In this document: positions 1-9,613 of the stretch, piece after piece | How positions within the stretch are numbered: position 1 is the stretch's first letter | How the letters are laid out: every line of letters starts with the position of its first letter | Assembly (NCBI GenBank): GCA_034670305.1 | Contig: JAXMNT010000037.1 | Coordinates: 1-64,000 of the forward strand | From: Deltaproteobacteria bacterium | Lineage (GTDB): Bacteria > Myxococcota_A > Polyangia > Polyangiales > Houyiibacteriaceae | Direction of reading: 5' to 3' | DNA length: 64,000 nucleotides | Made by a program: the position numbers and the translations under genes | The notes under the pieces: generated by a model | The model's database searches: none | Seen by the model: only the letters and a program-made list of their open reading frames with translations | Told to the model about the DNA's origin: nothing

Positions 1-65
1 CGTCCGCTGGGCATCGCGCTCCGATTCGCGCCTCGCCGTCGCGAAACACACGGCGTCCACGACGC

Positions 66-98
66 GGGCAAGGGCACGGGCAAGGGCAACGGCAAGGG
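66..98. repeat. Short degenerate hexamer tract (GGGCAA/GGGCAC)n; reads (CCCTTG)n on the minus strand
   Basis: gggcaagggcacgggcaagggcaacggcaaggg is visible directly downstream of the minus-strand gene ending at 123. Confidence 0.8.
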
Positions 99-124
99 AG
101 CAGGTCGCTTTTCAGCGACCTGCT
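99..124 (-). terminator. 11-bp hairpin overlapping the stop codon of the DUF4388 gene (terminator-like, no U tract)
   Basis: AGCAGGTCGCT-tttc-AGCGACCTGCT perfect inverted repeat; GAAA loop on the minus strand. Confidence 0.5.
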
Positions 125-1343
125 AGGAGAGCCGGATCGCCTTGAGCCGGGCGTTGACGTCCCGGGCCAGGGTCAGCTCCTGGTCGCGCGGGAGGGCGGT
201 CGTTGCGCTGAAGAGGGCGAACGCGGCGAGTTCGTGGAGCGCTTGGTGCAACGCCTCGATCGGATGATCGGTGTCCGCACCCTTGAGCGCCTCGGCGACA
301 AAGACGGCGTCGATCGTTCCGAGCTCGTCCACACCTTCGCCGAAGAAGGGCCCGTAGCCGCTGCCTTCGATCCAGGCTTCCAGTGTCGCGCGGGTCTGAC
401 TGAGGCCACCGTACGTCGCGACCGCGACGAAGATGTCCTGCATCACTTCATTGAACCGCGCGATCAGCGCCGTCACCTGGGCGACGTCGATCTTCCGAGA
501 GGTGTGCAGCGTGATCTGTTTCGCTTGGATCAGCTGGTAGACCGACTTCGTGGTCAGGAACTCGCCGAGACCGGTCTCCCGCGCGATCTCGTTGATGCTC
601 CGTTCGCCATCGCACGCCGCGAGCACGGTGAGGGCATCGCCATCGAGCTTCTTCGGGTCCGGGGCATCCAGCGATCGGACAGGACACATCTCGAGGTTGG
701 GAACCTTGTCTTGGAAGAGCGCCATCTCGTCGATGCGCTGCACCCCTTCCATCAAGAGGCCCTGAACCGAGAGGTGCACGGTGGCGCCGGTGTCGCCCTC
801 GTCGTCGCCGACGATGAAGGTGTAGACGCCCTCGTGCATCAGTAGCGCCGCGAAGAAGATCTCGCGGGCCTGGAGCTGCAGTTGCTCGAAGAGCCCCTGC
901 TGGTCGACGTAGCCCTTCTCGACCGCCAACTCGCCGAAGCGCTTCGAGCCCATCTCCAGGGCGAGTTCTTCGATCTGCTCGCGCGACAACACGCCGGCCC
1001 GGTAGAGCACCTCGCCGAGCCGGTCGTCGGACGCGTTGCTGCTGGCGCCCTTGAGCGCGCCCTTGTCGAAGGCGAGCACGCGGTTCGCATCGGCCGAGTG
1101 CACGTGCAGCTCCCCGATCCAGTTCGACGTGGCGATGATGTTGATCATCTCCATGACGCTCATCCGGGTGAGGATCTCACCGGCCATCTGGACACGGGCT
1201 TGCCCGGTGCTGCGCAGCACGATCAACTGAGGGCCGGTCACGACCAGGTCGTAGGACCCGGCGGACGGCCTCAGGTGGATCTTGGCTTCGCCATCGGGCT
1301 CGAACAGTCCCTCGCGCGTGATCTCGATGCGTCCGTCAGACAC
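123..1343 (-). CDS. DUF4388 (PATAN-like) domain protein with winged-helix-like segment
   Basis: MAGEI...MEMINII...GELHV...FDKG...ASSN..DRLGEVLYRAG..RFGELAVEKG..LLMEGVQRIDE pattern typical of myxobacterial DUF4388 proteins; GTG start. Confidence 0.75.
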   Translation of the reverse strand: MSDGRIEITREGLFEPDGEAKIHLRPSAGSYDLVVTGPQLIVLRSTGQARVQMAGEILTRMSVMEMINIIATSNWIGELHVHSADANRVLAFDKGALKGASSNASDDRLGEVLYRAGVLSREQIEELALEMGSKRFGELAVEKGYVDQQGLFEQLQLQAREIFFAALLMHEGVYTFIVGDDEGDTGATVHLSVQGLLMEGVQRIDEMALFQDKVPNLEMCPVRSLDAPDPKKLDGDALTVLAACDGERSINEIARETGLGEFLTTKSVYQLIQAKQITLHTSRKIDVAQVTALIARFNEVMQDIFVAVATYGGLSQTRATLEAWIEGSGYGPFFGEGVDELGTIDAVFVAEALKGADTDHPIEALHQALHELAAFALFSATTALPRDQELTLARDVNARLKAIRLS

Positions 1344-1399
1344 GCCGTGGAGGGTACTTCACGCCCGCGGCAGAGTGTGAGTTTGTCGCGCGTCTGCGA

Positions 1400-1834
1400 T
1401 CATGCGGTTGCGGCGTGGGTGACTTTGCGTCCCTCGGGTGCTGGCAGGTCGACGCGTGCTGCGAGCACGCATCGGAACGCATCGCGGTAGAGATACGCGA
1501 CGCCGATGTTCAGCGCGGCGACGAGCGCGGCGGGTCCGATCCCAGCCGGTGCCAGGAAGAGATGGAACGCCACGATGTTCACGCTGATGGGGGCGAGGAC
1601 GGTCAGTGCGAGGGGCACGAACCGGTTGGCGAGGAGTGCGACGCCGATGAGGATCTCGGTCGCCTTGAGGAGGGGGAAGAAGTACCCGGAGGCACCCAGG
1701 CCTCCCAGGAACGTTGCGGCGGCGCCCTCCATCGCGGGGGCAGGCAAGAAGTTGAGGAATCCGTTCAGTCCGAAGACGACCAGGACGACGCCGAGGAGAG
1801 AGCGGGACACGAGGGCAGCAAGTTTGGAGTTCAT
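1400..1834 (-). CDS. DoxX family membrane protein
   Basis: R.LLG.V.VVFGLNGFLNF...F.G.L..SGY.FPL.K.TEI..G..LL.NRFVPLAL..LAPI.VNI..FH; ATG at 1834; divergent from a LysR gene. Confidence 0.85.
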   Translation of the reverse strand: MNSKLAALVSRSLLGVVLVVFGLNGFLNFLPAPAMEGAAATFLGGLGASGYFFPLLKATEILIGVALLANRFVPLALTVLAPISVNIVAFHLFLAPAGIGPAALVAALNIGVAYLYRDAFRCVLAARVDLPAPEGRKVTHAATA

Positions 1835-1905
1835 GAGCTTTGTTCCTTTCCCTGGTACTCTGAGACCTTGAACGGAGGGCAAAAGTGCCTATGAACGCAA
1901 ATGTC

Positions 1906-1924
1906 TGTTCTCGTATCCGCAACA
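1906..1924. promoter_or_regulatory. Putative LysR-type binding site (T-N11-A)
   Basis: TGTT-N11-AACA dyad in a locally AT-rich stretch between divergent doxX and lysR. Confidence 0.5.
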
Positions 1925-2084
1925 ATATTGCTGGTCTCTCGCGGGGTTCCTGCGGGCCCAGACGCCTTCGGCTTTCTTGGGGCCCTGGGAAACGGCTCTG
2001 CAGCAGAGCCTCCCGCGCGAGAGACGATATCGGGAGGCTGCGGGCTCTCGAAGCGAGCTGTATCCCCAAGAACAATGAGGCGCT

Positions 2085-2975
2085 GTGAACGTTGATCCCC
2101 GGGATGTGCTGGTGTTTCACGCCGTGGTGGAGGCAGGCAGCTTCAGCGCGGCGGCGCGGACGTTGGGCGTGGCCAAGTCGGCGGTCAGCCGGCAGGTGCA
2201 GCGTCTCGAGCAGGCACTCGACGCCCGCCTGCTGCAGCGCACGACCCGCCAGGTGCGGCTGACCGACGCGGGGCGCGCGTTCCAGAGCCACGCGATCGAT
2301 GTCTTCGAGGCGTTGCGAGACGGCCAACGCTCGATCCTGGAGATGCAGGACGAACCGCAAGGGGTGCTTCGGATCACGGCCCCGGTGGAGGCGGAGTCTC
2401 TGCTTGGGGACGCGCTCGTCCGGTTCTTGGCGGCGCACCCGAAGCTCCGACTCGAAACGGAGTTCACCTCACGGATCGTCGATCTGGTGGGGGAAGGATT
2501 CGACCTGGCCGTGCGAGGCGGCGCGCCCGGTGGGAGCAGCCTGATCGGCAAACAGCTCGGTCCATCGCAGCGGGTCCTGGTCGCGAGCCCGGCGTACCTG
2601 GACGCGCACGGGACCCCCGAGGAGCCGGAGGACGTTCGGCGGCACGCCGCGTTGGTGTACCGGCCGTGGCGATCTTTTCGATTCGATGGACCGAACGGTC
2701 CGGTGGTGATCGCCCCCGATGCGATCCGGTTCTTGGCCGATCATCAGCAACTCCTCGCCCGTGCCGCGCTCGGTGGCCTGGGCATTGCGCAAACCGTCTA
2801 CGCCTACGTCGCGGAGGGGCTGCGAGAAGGCAGCCTGGTGCGGCTCCTTCAACCGTACGAGAAAGAAGGGCAGTCGTTGTGGATCGTGTATCCCAGTCGT
2901 CGGCTGGTGACGCCGGCCGTTCGCGCGTTCATTGACGAGGTGGGGCCGGTCCTCGCGGCCGGGAACGTGTCATGA
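2085..2975 (+). CDS. LysR family transcriptional regulator (CrgA/DmlR-like)
   Basis: N-terminal HTH GSFSAAARTLGVAKSAVSRQVQRLEQALDARLLQRTTR; DLVGEGFDLAVR and VASPAYL substrate-binding motifs. Confidence 0.95.
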   Translation: MNVDPRDVLVFHAVVEAGSFSAAARTLGVAKSAVSRQVQRLEQALDARLLQRTTRQVRLTDAGRAFQSHAIDVFEALRDGQRSILEMQDEPQGVLRITAPVEAESLLGDALVRFLAAHPKLRLETEFTSRIVDLVGEGFDLAVRGGAPGGSSLIGKQLGPSQRVLVASPAYLDAHGTPEEPEDVRRHAALVYRPWRSFRFDGPNGPVVIAPDAIRFLADHQQLLARAALGGLGIAQTVYAYVAEGLREGSLVRLLQPYEKEGQSLWIVYPSRRLVTPAVRAFIDEVGPVLAAGNVS

Positions 2976-2982
2976 TGGCGGC

Positions 2983-5124
2983 GTGACCCATTGTTCTTGG
3001 CGCGCGGCTGTGATGGTCGCGTTGTGCATCTCGGCCTGCGGGGACTCTGCACCCACGCTGCTGGTCGATGTGCGGACGGACTACGTGCCGGCCGCGGAGT
3101 TCTTCGAGTTCGAGGTGTCGCTCGTGCGCGACGACGGCAGCCTCGAGACTCAGCTGCGCCGGGCGGTGTCCAGCGATTCGGTGCTCTCTGGGGTGCGGGT
3201 TGGTGAGTTCGACCTGAGCGCTGGGCCCCAGCGGATTCAAGGCCGTCTGCTCGGCCCGACCGGAGCTCGCATCGCCGAGCGCACGGTGGTGGTCACTGTC
3301 GCTGAGGGCACGCAAGCCACGACGCTTGTCTTCACCCGCAGCTGCGAGGGCGTCGCGTGTCCGGGCGCGGGAGACTCCGCGGCCACCGAGTGTCTCGGCG
3401 GCACGTGTGTCGTGCCGGACTGCACGCCGGAGAACCCCGCCGCCTGTCCCGAGGGCTGCGCGATGGCGAGTGACTGTCCGGCAGCGACTTCGGACTGTGC
3501 GCTTGCGGTCTGCGTCGACGCCACCTGCTTCTTCGAACCCGTCGCCGCGGTCTGCGGCGTCACCGAGTACTGCGACCCAGATCTCGGGTGTCTGGAACGT
3601 CCCGACGCACCGGACGGTGGACCGATGGACGGCGGCGGCGCCGACGCGGGTGGGACCGATGCGTCCATTCCAGATGCGGGCGTGGATGCGCCGACCGAAT
3701 GCATGGAAGGCGCCGCGTGTGTGCTCGACGGCGAGTTGCAAGCGGAACACCCGTGCGCGGACGGGGTGGTGGATTGTTCCGGACCCGAGCCGGCGTGCGT
3801 GGTGGGACCCGCCCGTGGCACCGACGTGGTGTGCCGGCCCGCGATGGGGGACTGCGATCGCGAGGAGCGCTGCGATGGAACGACGACCATGTGCCCAGCC
3901 GATCAGCTGCGGGCTGGTGAAGAGTGCCGCCCAGCGGCCGACGAGTGCGACGTCTCGGAGTCTTGCGTCGCGGGCTCCGTGACATGTCCGACCGATGAGT
4001 TCGTGAGCACGGGGACGGCTTGTTCGATGGGGTTCTGTTTGGACGGGTCATGCTCCGACAGCTGCACGCCCGGCGCTTCGTGCACGCCGCCCGGGCAGCC
4101 CTGTCGCAATGGCGCGCTCGACTGCTCGGGGCCGAGTCCGGTGTGCGTGGCGGGCTCGAACGTTCCGAACGACACGGTCTGCGGAAGCCCATTGACCGGT
4201 TCCTTCGGTGGTTGTTCGGGCTTCAGCAGCACCTGCGACACGACCGGCACCCAGAGCCGCACCATCACCGACCGTTTGTGCCGAGCCGGCGCATGTACGG
4301 ACGTGGACCGGCTCGACACCCAAGCCTGCAACCGCACGACGGATGGCGTGATGTGCAGCGCAACCACCTGCCCCGGGTTCGGCGCTTGCGACTACACATC
4401 GACCTGCGACGAAGCGGCCAGCCAGCAGCGGACCTGTCAGGACTTCGCGTGCGCCGCCGGTGCCTGCAACGCGACCCCGCGGGTCGAGACCCAGGGCTGC
4501 AGCCGATCGACCACCGGCACGATGTGCGGCAGCACGAGTTGCCCAGCCTTTGGTGCATGCGGAGGCTACAGCTCGACCTGCGACGAGACGGGTACCCAGA
4601 GCCGGGTCTGCACCGCACGTCAATGTGGAAGCGGCACGTGCCAGGACGTGATGCTGCCGCCCGAGAACCAAGGCTGCGGCCGAACGACGACGGGGATGAC
4701 TTGCGGCGCCACCATGTGCCCAGGGTTTGGTCCGTGTGGCGGGTTCTCGTCCACCTGCGACGAGAGCGGCACCCAGAGCCGAGTTTGCACTGCTCAGCAG
4801 TGCGGCAGCGGTTCCTGTCAAATGGTGCCACTCGCGCCTGAGATGCAGGGCTGCACCCGTCCGAGCACCGACGGCGTGATGTGCGCACCGGACGAGCCCG
4901 GGCCGTGGGGGAGCTGCATCGCGCAGGGGCTCGGTTGCGACAACGGAGAGCGCATGCGGACGGTGACGACCTACTCGTGCAACGCGGAGTCGTGCGGTTC
5001 GAGTTCTTCCTCCGAGACCGGATCCTGCCGCCCCATGGAAGGCGACGCGTGTGCGTACGACTGTGGTGGGGTCTGGTGCCTCGGCATGTGCAACGTCGTC
5101 GGGGAGTGCACCGACGAGTTCTGA
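2983..5124 (+). CDS. Cysteine-rich secreted lipoprotein with disintegrin-like and thrombospondin-1-like repeats
   Basis: Lipobox-like ISAC-GD; CRPA..(D/E)CD..E.C...CP.D twice; about 4 copies of FG.C..(F/Y)SSTCD..GTQSR.C; start uncertain (2932-3013). Confidence 0.75.
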   Translation: MTHCSWRAAVMVALCISACGDSAPTLLVDVRTDYVPAAEFFEFEVSLVRDDGSLETQLRRAVSSDSVLSGVRVGEFDLSAGPQRIQGRLLGPTGARIAERTVVVTVAEGTQATTLVFTRSCEGVACPGAGDSAATECLGGTCVVPDCTPENPAACPEGCAMASDCPAATSDCALAVCVDATCFFEPVAAVCGVTEYCDPDLGCLERPDAPDGGPMDGGGADAGGTDASIPDAGVDAPTECMEGAACVLDGELQAEHPCADGVVDCSGPEPACVVGPARGTDVVCRPAMGDCDREERCDGTTTMCPADQLRAGEECRPAADECDVSESCVAGSVTCPTDEFVSTGTACSMGFCLDGSCSDSCTPGASCTPPGQPCRNGALDCSGPSPVCVAGSNVPNDTVCGSPLTGSFGGCSGFSSTCDTTGTQSRTITDRLCRAGACTDVDRLDTQACNRTTDGVMCSATTCPGFGACDYTSTCDEAASQQRTCQDFACAAGACNATPRVETQGCSRSTTGTMCGSTSCPAFGACGGYSSTCDETGTQSRVCTARQCGSGTCQDVMLPPENQGCGRTTTGMTCGATMCPGFGPCGGFSSTCDESGTQSRVCTAQQCGSGSCQMVPLAPEMQGCTRPSTDGVMCAPDEPGPWGSCIAQGLGCDNGERMRTVTTYSCNAESCGSSSSSETGSCRPMEGDACAYDCGGVWCLGMCNVVGECTDEF

Positions 5125-5160
5125 CTTGCTTCGCGGGCGTGGTCCCGGTACCGGTCGAAC

Positions 5161-6087
5161 ATGGGCAAAGTCGCGTTCGTATTTCCAGGCCAGGGTTCTC
5201 AGACGGTGGGCATGGGGCGAGAGGTCTACGACCTCGAGGTGGGCCGCGCGGTCTTCGACGCCGCCGACGCCGCGATCGACGACTTGGTCGTCAGCCGTCT
5301 CTGTTTCGAAGGTCCAGCGGACGCGCTGAAGCTCACCGCCAACACGCAGCCGGCGATCGTCACGGTCTCGGTGGCGCTCGCGCGCGCGCTCGGCGAAACG
5401 CCGGACGTGGTCGCGGGACACAGCCTTGGCGAGTACTCCGCGCATGTGGTGGCGAAGACGATGTCGTTCGAAGACGCGGTCCGCACGGTGCGCAAACGCG
5501 GTGGCTACATGCAGGACGCGGTGCCGCCTGGCAAAGGCGCGATGGCGGCGATCCTCAAGGCGACCCGCGAGGCGGTCGAGTCGGTCTGCGCGGAGGTCGA
5601 TGGGGTGGCGGAGGCGGTCAACTACAACTCCGCCGAGCAGATCGTGATCGCCGGCGAAGCGGGTGCGATCGCGGCGGCGTGCGCGAAGCTCAAAGAAGAA
5701 GGCGCGCGCGCGATGCCCTTGCCGGTGAGCGCACCGTTCCACTCCAGCTTGATGCGCCCGGCCGAGGAGCGGCTCGCGGTGGATCTCGCCGCCCTGACGT
5801 TCTCGGATCCCGAGTTCCCGGTGTACGCCAACGTCGAAGCCGCGCCGGTGACAGACGCGGCCGCTTCGAAAGATGCCCTCGTGCGACAAGTCAGTCGCGC
5901 GGTCCGCTGGCACGAGTCGGTGCTGCGCATGGTGGACGACGAGGTGTCGCTCTTCGTGGAGATCGGACCGGGCAAGGTGCTCACCGGTCTCGCGCGCCGG
6001 ATCGCGTCCGGCGCCGCGCGCGTCAGTGTTCAGTCGCCGAAAGACTTCGACGAAGCCCGCGCCGCGATCGCCGAGGCCCGCGGCTGA
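5161..6087 (+). CDS. fabD: Malonyl CoA-acyl carrier protein transacylase
   Basis: FPGQGSQ, TANTQPAI, catalytic GHSLGEY and VSAPFHS motifs. Confidence 0.95.
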   Translation: MGKVAFVFPGQGSQTVGMGREVYDLEVGRAVFDAADAAIDDLVVSRLCFEGPADALKLTANTQPAIVTVSVALARALGETPDVVAGHSLGEYSAHVVAKTMSFEDAVRTVRKRGGYMQDAVPPGKGAMAAILKATREAVESVCAEVDGVAEAVNYNSAEQIVIAGEAGAIAAACAKLKEEGARAMPLPVSAPFHSSLMRPAEERLAVDLAALTFSDPEFPVYANVEAAPVTDAAASKDALVRQVSRAVRWHESVLRMVDDEVSLFVEIGPGKVLTGLARRIASGAARVSVQSPKDFDEARAAIAEARG

Positions 6088-6101
6088 GCATCAGGAGAAG
6101 G

Positions 6102-6365
6102 TCAGGAGTCAGGCTTCGCGACTTCGGACCACTTCTCGGGCGTGTACGTCTTGAACGTGAGCGCGTGGATCGGACCGTCCATGAGCTCCCCGAGCGCGGC
6201 GAAGACGAGGCGCTGCTGCGCCACGCGTGACTTGCCCGCAAAGGCACCGGCCACGACCACCGCTTCGAGGTGATCCTTGGTGCCCGTCATGTCGCGGACC
6301 TCGACGTGTGTGACGTCTTCGACCCCGTCTCGGATGCGCTGCTCGACGACCTTCAGTTCAACCAT
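6102..6365 (-). CDS. BolA/IbaG family protein
   Basis: DH..AVVV...F.GKSRV.QQRLV...L...M.G.IHAL..KT.TP. Confidence 0.9.
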   Translation of the reverse strand: MVELKVVEQRIRDGVEDVTHVEVRDMTGTKDHLEAVVVAGAFAGKSRVAQQRLVFAALGELMDGPIHALTFKTYTPEKWSEVAKPDS

Positions 6366-6413
6366 CGGCAGAGCGTAGCGCGCGCCCGCAGAAAGGAAAG
6401 CTGCGGCGCGGCG

Positions 6414-7364
6414 CTACTCGCGCGGCACCGCCGCCCACATGCCCGGTTCCCGGTTCATGGAGCTGAGGTTCGGGGCGGTCTCGGGCGCGGGCGGTTCCCG
6501 GATCGGTTCCACTGGGTGATCCGCGCCGTCCGGCAGCTCGGGCACCGGCCACGGTTCGAGGTCGTCTGCGATGGAGATGTGAAAGTGGAACTCGTGCAAC
6601 GCGTTGTGGGTCCGCATGGGTGTCTCGAAGGGCGACCCTTCGAACCCCTGTTCGCCGTACCAGGCGAGGAACCGTTCCACGACGACCTCGTCGTTGTAGT
6701 AGATGCGCAGGTGCCCACGGCTGCAATCGGCGAACGCCTTGGCCAGTTCGAGCACCCGGGCCCGCTTCTCTTCGATCTCCGCCGGGTCGAGGTCCTCGTA
6801 GTTGTTCGGGTAGCGCCCGCCCCCCGCGTTCTCGACCATCATCGAGCCGAGCAGGTAGAGGTCCACGTCGACGCCGCGGTCGTGGGTGGAGTGCCGGGGA
6901 CCGGGCGCGTCGAGGTCGCCGATCGCGAGTGGTTGATCGGGGTACGCCGCGTGGAAGCGGTCGGCCGCTCCGAGGATCGCGGTGACCAGGGCAGGCCGCC
7001 CCCACATGTGCTCTACGATCGTATTGCGCCACCTCCGGTAGCGGCCTTCCGACAGGGGCGCGGCTGGGATCTGCCACTTGCACTCCGGGTAGGACGCGCC
7101 CCGATCGCATTCGCGGGGGCGCGGAATCGGAAGCGGCGGCACCACGCACCGCGGTGGCCTGCTCGGCTCGGTCGCCGGTGGTGCGACGGGCCCATGCAGA
7201 AGCGGCGGGTGCTCCACTCGGCCGACCGCCTCGGGAGCGCTTGGCGGCTCGGGGCGCACGGTCCCCGCGTTGTGGTCGCCACAGGCGACTGCGGACAAGA
7301 GGAGAACGGTTGCAGGCCACGCACGCACGGCGATGGACCATACACAATCCAGGGCGCGACGCAT
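6414..7364 (-). CDS. Lipoprotein with penicillin-insensitive murein endopeptidase (MepA-like, LAS metallopeptidase) domain
   Basis: Lipobox AVAC-GD; WG.P, IGDL, HSTHDRGVDVD (H-x6-D) and HFH motifs; start 7364 or 7328. Confidence 0.7.
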   Translation of the reverse strand: MRRALDCVWSIAVRAWPATVLLLSAVACGDHNAGTVRPEPPSAPEAVGRVEHPPLLHGPVAPPATEPSRPPRCVVPPLPIPRPRECDRGASYPECKWQIPAAPLSEGRYRRWRNTIVEHMWGRPALVTAILGAADRFHAAYPDQPLAIGDLDAPGPRHSTHDRGVDVDLYLLGSMMVENAGGGRYPNNYEDLDPAEIEEKRARVLELAKAFADCSRGHLRIYYNDEVVVERFLAWYGEQGFEGSPFETPMRTHNALHEFHFHISIADDLEPWPVPELPDGADHPVEPIREPPAPETAPNLSSMNREPGMWAAVPRE

Positions 7365-7424
7365 TCCCCCGCGGACCTCGGAGCGGTTGCTGGCCCGCAG
7401 AGGGGGCGGTAGCGTCCGCGCCGC

Positions 7425-8237
7425 ATGACGAACACGAACGAACTCCTCGCGCTCGACGGATGGGCAGTCATCCTCGGTGCATCCAGCGGCTTTGGCGAAG
7501 CGGTGGCGCTGACCCTCGCCGAAGCCGGCATGAACATCGCGGGCGTGCACCTCGATCGCCGCGCGGGCATGGCCCACGTGAAGGAGATCGAGGAGAAGAT
7601 CCGCGGCTTCGGTCGCGAGGCGAAATTCTTCAACGTCAACGCCGCGGACGAGACCAAGCGCGGCGCCACCTGCGACGCGCTCAAGGAGTTGCTCGACGGC
7701 CGCGGCGAGAAGGTGCGCGTCATGCTGCACTCGCTCGCGTTCGGTACGCTGCGCCCCTACTGGTCGGACGAGGGCGAGCCGACCATCACGCAGAAGAACA
7801 TGGACATGACGCTCGACGTCATGGCCCACAGCATCCTGTACTGGACCCAAGATCTGCTCAGCCGCGATCTCTTCGGGCCGCACGGCCGGATCTTCGGCAT
7901 GACCTCGGCGGGCAGCACCTCCGTGTGGAAAGGCTACGGCGCGGTCAGTGCGGCGAAGTGCGCGCTCGAGTCGCACATTCGACAGCTCGCCGCGGAGCTC
8001 GCGCCCAAGGGCATCACCGCGAACGCGCTGTGCGCCGGTGTCACCGTGACCCCCGCGCTCGAGAAGATCCCCGGCAGCGAAGCGATGATCGAACACGCCA
8101 CCCGGCGAAACCCGCACGGCCGATTGACCAAGACGCAAGACGTCGCCAACGCCCTTGTGGCACTCGCCTCGCCCGCGACCCAGTGGATCACCGGCAACGT
8201 GATCTACGTAGACGGCGGCGAGATCATCGGGGGCTGA
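7425..8237 (+). CDS. SDR oxidoreductase, FabL-like enoyl-ACP reductase
   Basis: GASSGFG, YGAVSAAK.ALES, ELAPKGIT.N and WITG.VI.VDGG motifs; near fabD. Confidence 0.75.
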   Translation: MTNTNELLALDGWAVILGASSGFGEAVALTLAEAGMNIAGVHLDRRAGMAHVKEIEEKIRGFGREAKFFNVNAADETKRGATCDALKELLDGRGEKVRVMLHSLAFGTLRPYWSDEGEPTITQKNMDMTLDVMAHSILYWTQDLLSRDLFGPHGRIFGMTSAGSTSVWKGYGAVSAAKCALESHIRQLAAELAPKGITANALCAGVTVTPALEKIPGSEAMIEHATRRNPHGRLTKTQDVANALVALASPATQWITGNVIYVDGGEIIGG

Positions 8238-8239
8238 TC

Positions 8240-9184
8240 TCAGACGAAGAGGGAGCTGACGGAGTCGCTGTGGTGGATGCGTTTGATCGCTTCCCCCAGC
8301 AACTTCGCGACGGAGAGCACCCGGATCTTCGGGTGGGCGGCCACCTGGGGCGTGATCGGGATCGTGTCGGTCACGATGATCTCTTCGAAGGGAGACTCCG
8401 AGATGCGGTCGAGCGCAGGGCCGGACAGCACGGCATGCGTTGCCGCAGCGAAGATGCGTTTCGCGCCGCGCTGCTTGAGGGCCTGCGCGGCTTTTGTGAT
8501 GGTTCCTGCGGTGTCGATGATGTCGTCGAGCAGGATGCAGTCGCGGCCTTCGACCGCGCCGATGATGTTCATCACCTCTGCGACGTTGGCGCGCTCACGC
8601 CGCTTGTCGATGATGGCCAGGTCGGCGTCGAGTCGCTTCGCGTAAGCGCGGGTGCGCTCGACCCCGCCGGCATCCGGCGAGACGAGGACCGGGGACGAGT
8701 TCGCGAACCGCGGCTTGAGGTGATCGAGGAACACCGGCATCGCGTAGAGGTGGTCGAAGGGCACGTTGAAGAAGCCCTGGATCTGACCCGCGTGAAGATC
8801 CATCGCGACGACGCGGTTGATGCCCGAAGCGGTCAACAGATCGGCGACCAGCTTGGCGGTGATGGGCGTTCGCGGTGCGGCTTTTCGATCCTGCCGCGCG
8901 TACCCGTAGTACGGGATGACCGCGGTGATCGATCCAGCCGACGCACGCTTGAGCGCATCGGCCATCACCAAGAGCTCCATCAGGTGATCGTTCACCGGCT
9001 TGGAGGTCGGTTGAATGACGTACACGTCCACGCCGCGGACGTTCTCTTGAATCTCTGCGAACACCTCGCCATCCGAGAAGCGCGTGATCCTCGAACGCGC
9101 CACCGTCATGTCGAGGTACTTGCAGATGGATTCGGCCAGAGGGACGTGGGCATTCCCGCTGAAGATGCAGGTCGACTTGAACAC
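8240..9184 (-). CDS. prs: Ribose-phosphate pyrophosphokinase
   Basis: [46 protein letters not shown] start with GAGGAG RBS. Confidence 0.97.
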   Translation of the reverse strand: MFKSTCIFSGNAHVPLAESICKYLDMTVARSRITRFSDGEVFAEIQENVRGVDVYVIQPTSKPVNDHLMELLVMADALKRASAGSITAVIPYYGYARQDRKAAPRTPITAKLVADLLTASGINRVVAMDLHAGQIQGFFNVPFDHLYAMPVFLDHLKPRFANSSPVLVSPDAGGVERTRAYAKRLDADLAIIDKRRERANVAEVMNIIGAVEGRDCILLDDIIDTAGTITKAAQALKQRGAKRIFAAATHAVLSGPALDRISESPFEEIIVTDTIPITPQVAAHPKIRVLSVAKLLGEAIKRIHHSDSVSSLFV

Positions 9185-9221
9185 AGCGCCCTCCTCGCGA
9201 CGTTCCGCCCGTCGCGGCGCG

Positions 9222-9250
9222 GAGATAGCAATGCGCTCCGGGGGTGTCAA
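9222..9250 (-). promoter_or_regulatory. Putative sigma70-type promoter of prs
   Basis: Minus strand TTGACA-17 bp-TATCTC with TG upstream of the -10; the -10 match is imperfect. Confidence 0.4.
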
Positions 9251-9613
9251 ACGTGATCGGGGATCGCCGCCGATGCGTTGCGCAGCCTCGGACGATCCGC
9301 GCGAGATCGTGCCGCGACCTTGCGTTCCATTCGGCCCCGACCGCGATCTCCGAAACGGCGCACGCGACAATCGACTCGTGTTTTGTGGTCCAGATCATTG
9401 CTGCGCGGTGCCGCGGATCACGTTCGAGACGCGTGACGATCCGTCCGGAAGCGACCCACAGACACGGTTCTCGATTGCCTCGGGACGGAATCACTCGCAA
9501 TGTCGGCTGCGCGGACGACCAAGTGCACGGTGGCGGTTGAGGGGTTTGGCCACACCGGGGTACACACAGGTCTCTTCTGAACGTTCGTGCACTCTCGATC
9601 GCAGAGAGGGACC

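Noticed and set aside
5161..8237. Polyketide or other secondary-metabolite cluster
   Set aside because: Only fabD and a FabL-like SDR are present; no ketosynthase, ACP or tailoring genes.
9190..9610. Riboswitch or ncRNA in the long prs/regulator intergenic region
   Set aside because: No recognisable conserved motif or strong stem seen by eye; an Rfam scan would be needed.
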